NCBI GenBank assembly: GCA_965242965.1
Contig: OZ251518.1
Location: 3,616,001 to 3,680,000 of the forward strand
Source of the DNA: Candidatus Poribacteria bacterium
GTDB lineage: Bacteria; Poribacteria; WGA-4E; WGA-3G
DNA: 64,000 bases
Direction: 5' to 3'
The position numbers and the translations under genes were made by a program. Of this stretch, positions 20,539 to 32,613 are shown one piece after another (within the stretch, counting starts at the first letter, position 1; the number at the start of each line of letters is the position of its first letter). The notes beneath the pieces are model-generated. The model was given only the letters and a program-made list of their open reading frames with translations. It was not told the origin of the DNA and ran no database searches.

Positions 20539-21187
20539 TGTAGGTCAGGATCGCCAGATCCTGACCCGTTCGGGAGCGGGCGCTCCCGAACTACAGATGT
20601 GGGCACAATCTCTTCCGGTAGGAGAGACCTCCTGGTCTCGATGCAATAGGGCGGCAGAAAACCTCCTTTCATCGTAGGGCTTGGGCCCTCGGATGCCAGA
20701 CGCGCATGCGAGCGGGTTTCCCTCGCCATCGTTCGTGCACGTGCACTCCAACGCTCGCGGGGGACAGGCCCCCGCGCTACGGTCGGAGAAAGCCGCCCCT
20801 TCACCGTAGGGCGAGGGCCTGTCCCTCGCCATCGTTCGGGCTAGGGAAAACCGTCTCTTGTTCTCTTCAGGGCCGTAGGACCTAAAACGCCACCTCTTGA
20901 CGATGGAGATCGCGGGGGACAGCCCCCCGCGCTACGTGCGGAGAAAAGTCCCCTTTCATCGTAGGGCGAGGGGCCTGTCCCTCGCCATCGTTCGGGCTAG
21001 GGAAAACCGTCTCTTGTTCTCTTCAGGGCCGTAGGATCTAAAACGCCACCTCTTGACGATGGAGATCGCGGGGGACAGGCCCCCGCGCTACGGGCGGCGA
21101 AAATCCCTCTTTTACCGTAGGGCGGGGGCCTGTCCCTCGCCATCGTTCGCGCTACGGGAAAATTGAAACCCGAGGTCTCTCCTACGG
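20539..21187. repeat. Mosaic REP cluster with a ~160-bp tandem duplication
   Basis: C, B, F and A/A' modules; duplicated GGGCTAGGGAAAACCGTCTCTTG block. Confidence 0.9.
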
Positions 21188-21197
21188 CAGCGAGATA

Positions 21198-23964
21198 TTA
21201 CACTTCATAAACTTTCAGCACCTCATCACCGTAATGGTTAATAACCTTCACGGCGATTTTGCCGGCCGCGGGACACGCAAACGGCAGACTTTCTGTGCGA
21301 TAGAGACTCTCCCACGCAGACTCGTCTATCTCTGCCTGCAACGCTTGTTTGAGTTTCTTGTAGGGCTCGTCTGCGCCGGTGAAATAGGCGTGCCGCACGA
21401 AGAATGCCTCTTCATCGTAGTCGGTATCAATGAACCAACAGGCGATTTCGCCCGGGTCATTTGAACGGACTAACCCTTGCCGCGCATCGAACACATCTAC
21501 GCCGAGCAGCCTCACAACCAGCGTGTCGTCAGGTTGACGATGGATTTCAACGTCGGGTTCACCGAAGTTCATGAAAAGATTGCCCGCGCCGGTGTTCTTG
21601 AGTTCGTCTATCATCAACTCCGGGCTCATCTTCACCGGGAGAATCGGGAGGCTCCCGATGCGGGTGCGTTCATCCGCCGTGTATCCCTCAAAGGTGAAAC
21701 CGAGGACGATGAGGAGATCGAACTTCGGAATGCGACGCACTGCCTCTTTGATAGCACCACCCATCCACTGCCTCCCCACTGTCTCATACCGCGGCCCGAT
21801 GCTAATCGCCACGCTCTGCGACACGCCGTTCTCGTCGGTGTAGGCACCCTCCGCGTGGAGATACTCGCCGGGGAATGGCGCAAGCCAGTCAAACGTCAGG
21901 CGTTGTGATTTGACGCGGTTCTGAACACCGGCGGTTTTTAGATGCTCTACGATGTGCGTGTGGAAGTTTTGGGAAGAGTCAAGAACGGAGGAGTCGAGCC
22001 CCGAGGTCTCTTCTACGGGACCATCGCCTGCATCGAGCCCGGAGGTCTCTCCTACTGGGGATTCGTGGCCCGAGGTCTCTCCTACGGATTTTTGCACGCG
22101 GTGCGGCGATAAACTCTCCACCGTAAAAGGACCGGCTACGCGCGTCCGACTTCTGTCAATATGCGGTCCGTCATAAAGCACCTCGCTGGTGGCACGACGC
22201 GCCGTGGAGGCATCCATCTCCGCTTGCCGCTCGCGCTTGAGAGAAAGCCACCGTTCGTGCAGCCGCCGCGTTTCCGCACCCCACGAAGGATCGGGTTCTT
22301 GAGGAACTTCCCATTCTTCCCAAGTCGACCCCCCCCCCCTTCTCTAAACGCGAGTTTAGTAATTTACGAATCTCGTCCAATTTCGGTGCATACTCGGCAT
22401 GGATGTCGTCAATCTCAAGATTGTTCGCCATATCCGAGAGACTGATATAGGGCGCGGTTTTGTAAGCAAACCCCTGCTTGATGTCCGCGGCATCTTCCAA
22501 CTGATAGTAGGGATAGACAGCGGACATGAGCCGCGTGCGCGCCAAAGCGAGGGCAACGCGGGAGGTGTCGATCGTAATCCACCGTCTGCCCCACTGTTCT
22601 GCAACGTAAGCGGTGGTGCCGCTGCCGCAAGTGGGATCGAGAACGAGATCGCCCGGGTCGCTTGTCATCAGGATGCACCGTTGGATGACTTTAGGGTTCG
22701 TTTCCACGACGTAGGTTTTTCCAGCCCCGCCACGTCCGGTATCTGTCCAGAGGTTTGTAATCTCTCTCCCTGGAAAATCGCCCGCGTAACGGATATAGTT
22801 CAGCGTAATTTCTCTCGCAACAAGCCGACTCTGTTTCGCCAGTCGATCAAATCCTTCATGACTTGTTGCCCAACCTCTACCTCGTGAAGGAGTAAAAGTC
22901 CTTCCCTCAAAATCGTATTTATCAGTAGCACCGCCGGGACTCTGCGATGATGCCAAGATAATCTGAAACCTCCGGCTGTTTTCAGGTAAGAGCGCGGGGT
23001 TTTTCTTCTCGGCACTTGTCATTCCGCGGCGTGTTCCATCCGGCAATTCGACTTGGGTGTAGGAATTCAGGAGCGGATCTGGCGCGCGCTCATCCCATTG
23101 CATATAGAGTTGCCGATATTTCATCTGCTCCTTATCCTTTGCGTACCACAATAGATAATCGGAGATTGTGGCGAGCCCAGATGAGGAAGTCATTCCGCCA
23201 CGTGTCCATGTAATGGTGGAGACAAAATTCTCATCACCGAACACTTCATCCAACACGCATCGGACGCGGTGGACATTTTCGTCGCTGATTTGGACGAAGA
23301 TGCTTCCGCTATCGGTGAGGAGTTCGCGCGCAACGGTGAGCCGGTCGCGCAGATACGCCAAATAGGAATGGATGCCGAGTTCCCACGTATCTCGGAACGC
23401 GCGAATCTGTTCGGGTTGGAGCGTCACGTCTTTCGTTTTCGTATCGCCGACGGTGCGCTTTCGGGTGCTGACTTGCCAGTTACTCCCGAATTTGATGCCG
23501 TAAGGCGGATCGAAGTATATCGTTTGCACTCGGCTTTTGAGTCCCTCTTTCTCGGCGAGGGAGTTCATGACGAGGAGTGAATCGCCTAAAATGAAGCGAT
23601 TATTCCAGTTCTGTTCGTGCTGATAGAACTCGACGCGTTCCTCAAGTTCAAGGGCACTGAATCCCTCAAAGAGCAACTCGGTCTGGCCGTTTTCCTCTTT
23701 CGCCCTTTTTCGGAGCATCTGAATTATGGCTTCGGGTTGGATGTGTTCTTGCGCGTAAATCGGCACGGCGTGAACGCCGAGAGCGTTGGCATCCTGTTCC
23801 TCTTTGCCTTTCCAGACAAGCTGCGGATCCAACGAGGTATCGCGCGGGTAGAGGGTAGTTTCGGGGTGCGTCTCTGCCTCTTCCGCTAACCCGCTGAGTT
23901 CCTGCGTTGGGATGTTGGCGCGTTTATCGGGGTATTGATAATGATCGATTGGTTTTTTTGGCAT
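21198..23964 (-). pseudogene. mod: Site-specific adenine DNA methyltransferase (Type III Mod-like, beta class) split by a frameshift at a G11 tract; candidate phase-variable gene
   Basis: DPPYG and LDPTCGSGTT in ORF 22171-23964. The C-terminal part (WEEWEVP...LYDGP...GPFTVESLSPH...KIAVKVINHYGDE) is in another frame and rejoins if the tract at 22329-22339 is G10. Confidence 0.85.
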
Positions 23965-23980
23965 AGTGTGTTTCCTTATT

Positions 23981-24420
23981 GTAGGTTAAGATCGCTGAGT
24001 CTTGACCCGATGGAGATCTGGCGATCTCCATCTACAGAAATTACAAATTTTCTTTAATGTCCGTTTTCACCGTAGCGCGGGGGCCTGTCCCCCGCGATCG
24101 TTCGGTAATCCGCGGCATGGCGAGGGACAGGCCCTCGCCCTACGGTAAAGGGGACGTTTTTTTTCGTAGCGCGGGGGCCTGTCCCCCGCGATCGTTGCCT
24201 GGCGAGGGACAGGCCCTCGCCCTACGGTAAGGGGGACGTTTTTTTCATCGTAGCGCGTGGGCCTGTCCCCCGCGATCGTTCCTGTGCGCGATAGCATGGC
24301 GAGGGACAGGCCCTCGCCCTACGGTAAGGGGGACGTTTTTTTCATCGTAGCGCGTGGGCCTGTCCCCCGCGATCGTTCGGTAGACCGCGGCATGGCGAGG
24401 GACAGGCCCTCGCCCTACGG
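23981..24420. repeat. REP cluster (C doublet plus four A'/A doublets)
   Basis: Direct reading. Confidence 0.9.
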
Positions 24421-25179
24421 TTACGCGGGCGATGTTTGTTCCGCGATGCAGCGTCTCATCGCAGGCACATCGTCCACCCACAAACCCTCAATGTGTGCGG
24501 AAAGGGCCCAATTCACATCCTCCGGTGTCAAGATGAACCCTGCTTCAACGGTGATGCCGTTGGCTTTGAGTTGCGCCACCTTTCGCCGAACGGCACCCGT
24601 GAAAGGTTTAAAGTGATTAACCCCCATCCATCCCAAGACGGCGTTATCTACGTCAATCGCCGTTGCTGCCTTGACGAAGTCTGCCATTGGATTAATAAAA
24701 ATCGCGCTCGTCTGCAGTTTCGGTTCTAGCCTTTTGGCGTTGATAAGCAGTTGCTTCCGAAAGTAGAAGGTGAGGATGCCGACCAGGTCGACCACTTCAA
24801 ACCGTCGGATACGTTCGACGACGATAGTGAGCAGCTCTTCCGAATCGGATTTCGGTTCAATGAAGCACGGGAATTGATGTTCGCGTGTGATTCGGAGTGC
24901 GTCGTCGAGGTGTGCAACAGGTTCGTCCGAGTTCTCCGCTGTCAGCTGTTGCACCTCTTTCCAGTTCAGCGCGCTGAGCGGTGTTGTGCATCCGGTGGCT
25001 TTCTGGATGTTATCTCGGTTGAAATCGACGTGAATGAGGACGGGTTGCTTATCTTTCGTGAGGCAGACATCGCATTCGTATGCATCCGCGCCATCAGCGA
25101 GTGCTTGTTTAAAGGCGGCGCGGGTATTTTCGGGTGCGCGTCCCATGCCGCCGCGATGAGCTAAGAGTTGAATCTTCAT
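24421..25179 (-). CDS. Glycerophosphodiester phosphodiesterase family protein
   Basis: AHRGG..APENT and ECDVCLTKD..PVLIH motifs. Confidence 0.85.
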   Translation of the reverse strand: MKIQLLAHRGGMGRAPENTRAAFKQALADGADAYECDVCLTKDKQPVLIHVDFNRDNIQKATGCTTPLSALNWKEVQQLTAENSDEPVAHLDDALRITREHQFPCFIEPKSDSEELLTIVVERIRRFEVVDLVGILTFYFRKQLLINAKRLEPKLQTSAIFINPMADFVKAATAIDVDNAVLGWMGVNHFKPFTGAVRRKVAQLKANGITVEAGFILTPEDVNWALSAHIEGLWVDDVPAMRRCIAEQTSPA

Positions 25180-25183
25180 GGGT

Positions 25184-25909
25184 TCATGTTTGCTTCTGCC
25201 ACATCCGCTCAAAATTGTCCTGAGGGGTGAACCCTAGGACGCGCTTCGTTTTGAGATTGGAGAACTGCTGATGCGGTAAGTCGGCGAAGATATTGAAGAT
25301 TTCGCAGCGTGAGGGTAACTCCGCCAAATCAATCTCCAACCCTAACCGAAACGCTTCCCCGGCATCGCGCCAGCTGACAGAGAACGGGTTGAGATCGGTG
25401 CCTTCCGCCGCGTCGTCATGTTCACGGAAGCTGAGGAAGAGGTAGCAAAGCACATAAATATCGTAATGTTCGGTGAAGACTTTGCAGATTTCCTGTCCGA
25501 GCCCCTTCGTCAACGGGTAGAGCCCGGTGCTGGTGTGCGGCGGGACATCCGGGTTGATTTCGTAATCGTAGGTGGTATAGTCATCCCCCTGAATCGTGAA
25601 GTGGGGGCCGGTGTTAATAACGCGGCGGATACCGTGCGCGACGGCGGCGCGCATCGTGTTATAGCAACCGCGCGTGCTGACATCAAACGCCAACTGCCTG
25701 TCTTGCCGGAGAACGGAGCAGTTTAGGATTGCGTCCATTCCCTCCGCGGCGCGCATCACATCGTCTAATGAACCGACATCAATGTGCATCGATTCGTGCG
25801 GGGTGTCGATTTCGTTGATGTCCGTGACGCGTAAAGTGTAATAAGGCTCTAACGCCTTGACAACATGCGGTCCGAGGTAGCCGTTGCCGCCTAAAATAAG
25901 AACTTTCAT
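25184..25909 (-). CDS. NAD-dependent epimerase/dehydratase (uronate dehydrogenase-like)
   Basis: GGNGYLG, YPLTK and LGFTPQD motifs. Confidence 0.8.
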   Translation of the reverse strand: MKVLILGGNGYLGPHVVKALEPYYTLRVTDINEIDTPHESMHIDVGSLDDVMRAAEGMDAILNCSVLRQDRQLAFDVSTRGCYNTMRAAVAHGIRRVINTGPHFTIQGDDYTTYDYEINPDVPPHTSTGLYPLTKGLGQEICKVFTEHYDIYVLCYLFLSFREHDDAAEGTDLNPFSVSWRDAGEAFRLGLEIDLAELPSRCEIFNIFADLPHQQFSNLKTKRVLGFTPQDNFERMWQKQT

Positions 25910-26022
25910 CGTTTTCTCCTCCTATGAGATTGGCCTCCTATGAGAAAGGGCGCGTCTGTTATGACGGCACGAATTGCGTGGCAAGAAATCGAGACCGGGA
26001 GGTCTCGCCTACCGCCGTGCGT

Positions 26023-26736
26023 TTATGATGCCGGCACGAATTGCGGATTGAACTTGAGATGCCCCTTCGCCTTGGCAATTGAGAACCGGGCACCGGGGAA
26101 CTCCGACTGGATGTGGAAGATGCCCCATCGCGAAGGCGATGCCAGCGCGCCTTGAAAAGCGGCGACAGCGTCGTTCATCTCCAGCCACATGGCATCAAAA
26201 CCGTTGGACGCTTCCGCTGCGGTGACGAGATTGCCGAGGCGGAGGCAAGTGACATTGAGTTTCCGTTCCCGCGCGAATTCTCTGCAGGTGAATTCACCGA
26301 GGTGTTTGGAAAGCACAAAACTATTGACAGATGGCCGCGGTCTCCAGCTTTCCGTGACGGTCCAGTCCTCTCCATGTTGTTCAAAAAGGCGGAGGGTGCT
26401 GGCGTAAATGACATGCTTCACGCCTTCTTCTGCCGCCGCCATGAGGAGGTTATAGGTTCGGCGCGTCTGATAGTCGATGGCGTAGTTCTCCGGCTGTTCA
26501 GCTTTCGCCAAGAGTTGCGCGGGGGTTTCGGCGATGTGGACGATGGCATCCATGCCGTGCACTAATGCGTTCGTGGATTCATCGTGTCCGAGTTCGCTTT
26601 CCACAAACTCACAACCCGGTGGAAAGGCTGTCTCAACCGGGTGCAATTCGGTTAACCGGAGCGTGTTTGATTCGGCAAGGGATGCTGCCAAGCGGCGCGC
26701 GAGTTCAGTCCCTGCCGAGGTAATCAATATGTTCAT
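26023..26736 (-). CDS. NAD-dependent epimerase/dehydratase paralogue with degenerate motifs
   Basis: NILITSAG (no GxxGxxG), YAST, FVLSK (Y to F) and CLRLG. Confidence 0.7.
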   Translation of the reverse strand: MNILITSAGTELARRLAASLAESNTLRLTELHPVETAFPPGCEFVESELGHDESTNALVHGMDAIVHIAETPAQLLAKAEQPENYAIDYQTRRTYNLLMAAAEEGVKHVIYASTLRLFEQHGEDWTVTESWRPRPSVNSFVLSKHLGEFTCREFARERKLNVTCLRLGNLVTAAEASNGFDAMWLEMNDAVAAFQGALASPSRWGIFHIQSEFPGARFSIAKAKGHLKFNPQFVPAS

Positions 26737-26740
26737 TGTT

Positions 26741-27157
26741 TCACAGTGCCTCCTGTGCCTCTTGAATTTTCGCCGCGATGTTCCCGATTGCTTCCAAATC
26801 GCCTTCACTGGGCTGCCATGGGAGCCGCAGCGGGTCTGCCGTCCAGCGCGGGATGAGGTGGAGATGGAAATGGAAAACAGTCTGAAACGCGGCGGGTTCG
26901 TTTGACTGAAAGAGGTTCAGCCCGTCCGGGTTCAGTGCCTTCCGAATTGCTGCGGCGAGTTGAACCGCGACCTCCATGATTTTTCCGCCGACTTCGGGCG
27001 GCATATCAAAGATGTTTCGGTAATGTTGTTTCGGGATGACGAGGGTATGTCCTGGGTTTGCTGGCGCGATGTCCATAAACGCCAGAACGTGTTCGTCTTC
27101 ATAGACTTTCGCCGCGGGAATCTTCCCCGCGACAATTGCACAAAAGATACAATCCAT
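26741..27157 (-). CDS. HIT family hydrolase
   Basis: CIFC, GHTLVIPK and HFHLH motifs. Confidence 0.95.
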   Translation of the reverse strand: MDCIFCAIVAGKIPAAKVYEDEHVLAFMDIAPANPGHTLVIPKQHYRNIFDMPPEVGGKIMEVAVQLAAAIRKALNPDGLNLFQSNEPAAFQTVFHFHLHLIPRWTADPLRLPWQPSEGDLEAIGNIAAKIQEAQEAL

Positions 27158-27279
27158 CGGTTGATTTCCTGCTGTAAACGTTCTTAACGATGCATTTTAG
27201 CAAATTTAGGAGAGAAAATCAATAGTTAAAAAGATTTGTTTTTTCATAGGTTTTATGATAGACTGTATTTCGCGCTTAA

Positions 27280-27700
27280 GTAGGAGAGCCCTCTGGTCTC
27301 GATGCAATACCGTAGGAGAGCCCTCTGGTCTCGATTTTCGCGTAGCGCGGTTGCCTGTCCCCCGCGATGGTTTGAGAACCGTTTTTTCAGCGTAGCGCGG
27401 GGGCCTGTCCCCCGCGATGTTTCAAGAACCGTTTTTTTTTTCGTAGCGCGGGGGCCTGTCCCCCGCGAGCGTTGGATTGCGCGGACGCTGGCGAGGGAAA
27501 CCCTCTCGCATGCGCGTGTGGCATGCGAGGGCCCAAGCCCTACGGTACCGCACGTCGTTTTTATTGCATCGAGACTGGGAGGTCTCTCCTACCGGCAGAA
27601 ATCGTGACAGGTAGGAGGGACATCCTTGTCCCGATACGCACAGCAACAAAACGCATTGAGACCAGGAGGTCTCTCCTACACAGATTTATGAAGCACCCTG
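27280..27700. repeat. REP cluster ending in a solo terminal repeat (TTATGAAGCACCCTG)
   Basis: B, A', F and D modules. Confidence 0.85.
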
Positions 27701-27724
27701 ATATTAACGATGGAGGGACTAACA

Positions 27725-27932
27725 ATGGACGATGTGAGACAGGAACTCTTGGAACGGATAGAAACGCTGACACCCGGTCAGCAGAAACAGGTTCTGAATT
27801 ATACGCGGCAACTTTTGGGCGAACGCCCCAAGGGGACTCCTGGCCGGGAAATGCTGAAGTTCGTCGGGCTGTTTCCGCCGGAAGACCTCGAGGACATGAA
27901 GCGGGCGATCGAAGAAGAGTGGGGGCCGGTCC

Positions 27933-27949
<17 letters not shown>
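27725..27949 (+). CDS. Putative antitoxin (VapB-like)
   Basis: Small ORF with an acidic tail overlapping the start of a PIN toxin gene. Confidence 0.7.
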
Positions 27950-29514
<1,565 letters not shown>

Positions 29515-29520
29515 TTATTC

Positions 29521-29982
29521 GAGGGTGTTTCATAACTCCGTTTCGGTATTTATTCCCCCTTGGGGAGCGGGCGACTCCCGCGTCCTCTTGGTAGGAGAGA
29601 CCTCCTGGTCTCGATGCAATAGGCGGCAGAAAGCCCCCTTTCATCGTAGGGCGAGGGCCTGTCCCTCGCCAGCGTCCGCGCGCTCCAACGTTCGCGGGGG
29701 ACAGGCCCCCGCGCTACGATAAAAAAACGTCTCTTAGGTCCGTAGGACCTTAATGTCTATAGCACGCGCAGACGCGAAGAATCCTAAGGTCTTTTAGGTC
29801 CTTAATAGATTTTGCCAGGGGCGCGTGTTTTCTATTAAGGACCTAAAGGCCCTTGAAAACGGAATGACATGTGGTGCTATAGACATGTAAGTCCTAACGG
29901 ACAAACACCCTTCTTGACGCTGGCGCTCGCGGGGGACAGGCCCCCGCGCTACGGGCACATCGAGACCAGAGGTCTCTCCTAC
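29521..29982. repeat. REP cluster beginning with a solo terminal repeat (type-1 end)
   Basis: GAGGGTGTTTCATAACTCCGTTTCGGTATTTAT followed by B, A/A' and E modules. Confidence 0.85.
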
Positions 29983-29989
29983 CAAAGAA

Positions 29990-30919
29990 TCACCCCACCA
30001 AATACTGAAACACCGCCGACAAATTATCATCAGGCGAATAGAGTTGCGATACCTCCAAGTCGTTTTCGATGAGCAACTGCGGCAGACGCGCATAAAACGC
30101 ATCCGGCTTCGCGGTTTCAAGGATGACATCGCCATCGGTACCGCCGAAGGTGACGCTCAGAATATCCTCAAAAGGGAGGCAGACTGCCGCCAAACGACGC
30201 GGTTCAGCGGCGTTCAGATAGACTTTGTGCGGATGCTCGTCGATGAGTTCGCGGATGTCGGAGATGGTGCCCTCCGCCAAAATACGGCCCTGATGGATAA
30301 GCAGGATAGTCTCTGTTATCGCCTCGATTTCGTAAAGGATATGGCTTGAGACTACCATGCTGATGCCTTGTTCCGCGAGTTTGGCGAGGAGATTGAGGAT
30401 ATGCCGCCTGCCAATCGGATCCAACCCAGTCAGCGGTTCGTCCAAAAAGAGGAGTTCGGGTTCATGCAGGAGTGCCTGCGCGAGCTTGATACGCTGCCGC
30501 ATCCCCTTGCTGTATGAACCAACCGGTCTGTCCTTCGCAGCAAGCATATCCACAGTTTCAAGGGCGCGCAGACTTCGTTCAGTCCCTTCCGTTTTGTCAT
30601 AACCACTCAGTGTGGCGAAAAAGGTGATGAACTCAAAACCGCTCATGAACGGATACGCCACTTCTATATCAGGACAGTAGCCGACGCGCCGCGTGAGGGT
30701 TGGGTTATTCCAGACGGGTTGCTCTAGCACGGTGACGGTGCCCTGGTTCGGTTTGAGTTGCCCTGTCATCACTTTCATAAGGCTTGTTTTGCCGGCACCG
30801 TTCGGACCGAGGAGACCGGTAATTCCCGGATGCATCGTCAACGTCACATCGTTGACACCCATTACCTCGCCGTACCACTTGGATAGGTTTTCTGTTCGGA
30901 CAATTGCGTCTTTATTCAT
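29990..30919 (-). CDS. ABC transporter ATP-binding protein
   Basis: GPNGAGKT, YSKGMRQR, LDEP and SSH motifs. Confidence 0.95.
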   Translation of the reverse strand: MNKDAIVRTENLSKWYGEVMGVNDVTLTMHPGITGLLGPNGAGKTSLMKVMTGQLKPNQGTVTVLEQPVWNNPTLTRRVGYCPDIEVAYPFMSGFEFITFFATLSGYDKTEGTERSLRALETVDMLAAKDRPVGSYSKGMRQRIKLAQALLHEPELLFLDEPLTGLDPIGRRHILNLLAKLAEQGISMVVSSHILYEIEAITETILLIHQGRILAEGTISDIRELIDEHPHKVYLNAAEPRRLAAVCLPFEDILSVTFGGTDGDVILETAKPDAFYARLPQLLIENDLEVSQLYSPDDNLSAVFQYLVG

Positions 30920-31175
30920 TAAACGGCTTCCAATTTTACGTAGGGCGAGGGCCTGTCCCTCGCAATATTAAACGGCTTCCCACCTTACGTAGGGCGAGGG
31001 CCTGTCCCTCGCCATTCTGTTCGGACAATTGCTTCCCACCTTACGTAGGGCGAGGGCCTGTCCCTCGCAATATTAAACGGCTTCCCACCTTACGTAGGGC
31101 GAGGGCCTGTCCCTCGCCATTCTGTTCGGACAATTGCTTCCCACCTTACGTAGGGCGAGGGCCTGTCCCTCGCCA
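30920..31175. repeat. Five direct copies of REP A with two alternating spacers
   Basis: TTACGTAGGGCGAGGGCCTGTCCCTCGC x5. Confidence 0.9.
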
Positions 31176-32237
31176 TTCGTTTTTGATTTTCAACGTCTCT
31201 TCCAGATTTTGAATGCCGGCTGTCGTTCCGATGGCGGTAACGCAGGCTGCACCGGTTGCCGATGCAAGTTCCGCTGTCGCCTTCAAATCCCAACCCATCA
31301 CCGTGCCGGCGAGAAAACCTGCGACGTAGGCATCGCCGGCACCTGTCGTATCAACGACGTTGACAGGATAGGCAGGCACAAAAATTTCTTCAGCAGGATA
31401 TCGTCCGCTTACCGGCCCCCTGCAGACATAGCTGCCTTGTGTCCCCATTTTAATCGCGACGGTGTGGATACCGTAATCTCTGAAAAATTGCGCGATTTCC
31501 TGCAACGACGGCGATTTGGAAGTTACCAAGTGCTGCGCTTCCTCCAAACTGGGAAGAAAAATGTCAACGTAAGGGAGGCACGGTTCCAAAGTTTCTAACC
31601 ACTTTCCGGTTGCGTCCCAGGCTGTATCAAGTGAGGTAGTTATGCCGAGTGCCTTCGCTTTTCGGAGGACGTTCGCCATCGGTTCACCGTCAAATTTTGG
31701 CATGACGAGGGCACCGCCGATGTGCAGAATCTTGGCGGTTTTGATGATGTCCCAATTGAGTTCTGCCTCGGTGAATTCGCCGTTTGCGCCGAGGTAATGG
31801 CAAAAACTGCGTTCGCCATCGGAAGCAACGGCGACGAAGGTGAAGGAGGTTCCAACGGTGCCCTGGTTCCCGCGCGACGTTGCACGGTGCCCTGTCATAC
31901 CGTAGCGCGGGGGCCTGTCCCCCGCGATCGTGTTCCCTCGCGACGTTGCACGGGGGCCTGTCCCCTGCGGGTTTTCCACTGTCACCATCCCGGTGGTGTC
32001 CACGCCGTTTTCCGTGAGCGTTTGCAAGATGAGGTTTCCGAATGCATCGTTGCCAATTTTCCCCATCGCGCCGACAGAGATGCCCAACCGCGCCAGCGCG
32101 ATGGCGGTGTTATTTGCACAGCCGCCGCTGTGGATTTCCAGTTCGTCAAAAAGTGCGAGTTTGCCCTTGTCCGGAAACCTGTCTATCGGCCGGCCAAGCA
32201 CGTCAACGACAAAAATTCCGAGTGATAGCACATCCAT
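31146..32237 (-). CDS. PfkB-family carbohydrate kinase with an in-frame REP insertion
   Basis: GGCANNTA, GNDAFG and DTTGAGDAY motifs; extra ~35 aa GTGPRAT...IAGDRPPRYG. Confidence 0.9.
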   Translation of the reverse strand: MDVLSLGIFVVDVLGRPIDRFPDKGKLALFDELEIHSGGCANNTAIALARLGISVGAMGKIGNDAFGNLILQTLTENGVDTTGMVTVENPQGTGPRATSRGNTIAGDRPPRYGMTGHRATSRGNQGTVGTSFTFVAVASDGERSFCHYLGANGEFTEAELNWDIIKTAKILHIGGALVMPKFDGEPMANVLRKAKALGITTSLDTAWDATGKWLETLEPCLPYVDIFLPSLEEAQHLVTSKSPSLQEIAQFFRDYGIHTVAIKMGTQGSYVCRGPVSGRYPAEEIFVPAYPVNVVDTTGAGDAYVAGFLAGTVMGWDLKATAELASATGAACVTAIGTTAGIQNLEETLKIKNEWRGTGPRPT

Positions 32238-32259
32238 TTGTTTTCCTCTGCGATGAACA

Positions 32260-32613
32260 CTGGCGAGGGGAACCCGCTCGCATGCGCGTGTGGCATGCGA
32301 GGGCCCTCGCCCTACGGGACTGTGAAACGGTTTGCCTTGAGCATCGAGTGCCCGAGGTTTCTCCTTCCCGAAAACATTGAGACAGGTAGGAGGGACATCC
32401 TTGTCCCGATACGCGCAGCAACAAAACGCATCGAGACCAGGAGGTCTCTCCTACTCGAAGCCATTGAGTCAGGTAGGCGGGACATCCTTGTCCCGATAGG
32501 CACAGCAACAAAACGCATCGAGTGCCCGAGGTTTCGCCTACCGGGAGGTTGCATCGAGACCAGGAGGTCTCGCCTACCGGGATGCTGGCGAGGGACGAGC
32601 CTTCGCCCTACGG
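32260..32613. repeat. REP cluster (F, B and D modules)
   Basis: Duplicated GTAGG(A/C)GGGACATCCTTGTCCCGATA. Confidence 0.85.

Noticed and set aside
30920-31175. CRISPR array
   Set aside because: Spacers repeat (XYXY) and derive from the flank, the repeat is the dispersed REP A, and there are no cas genes.
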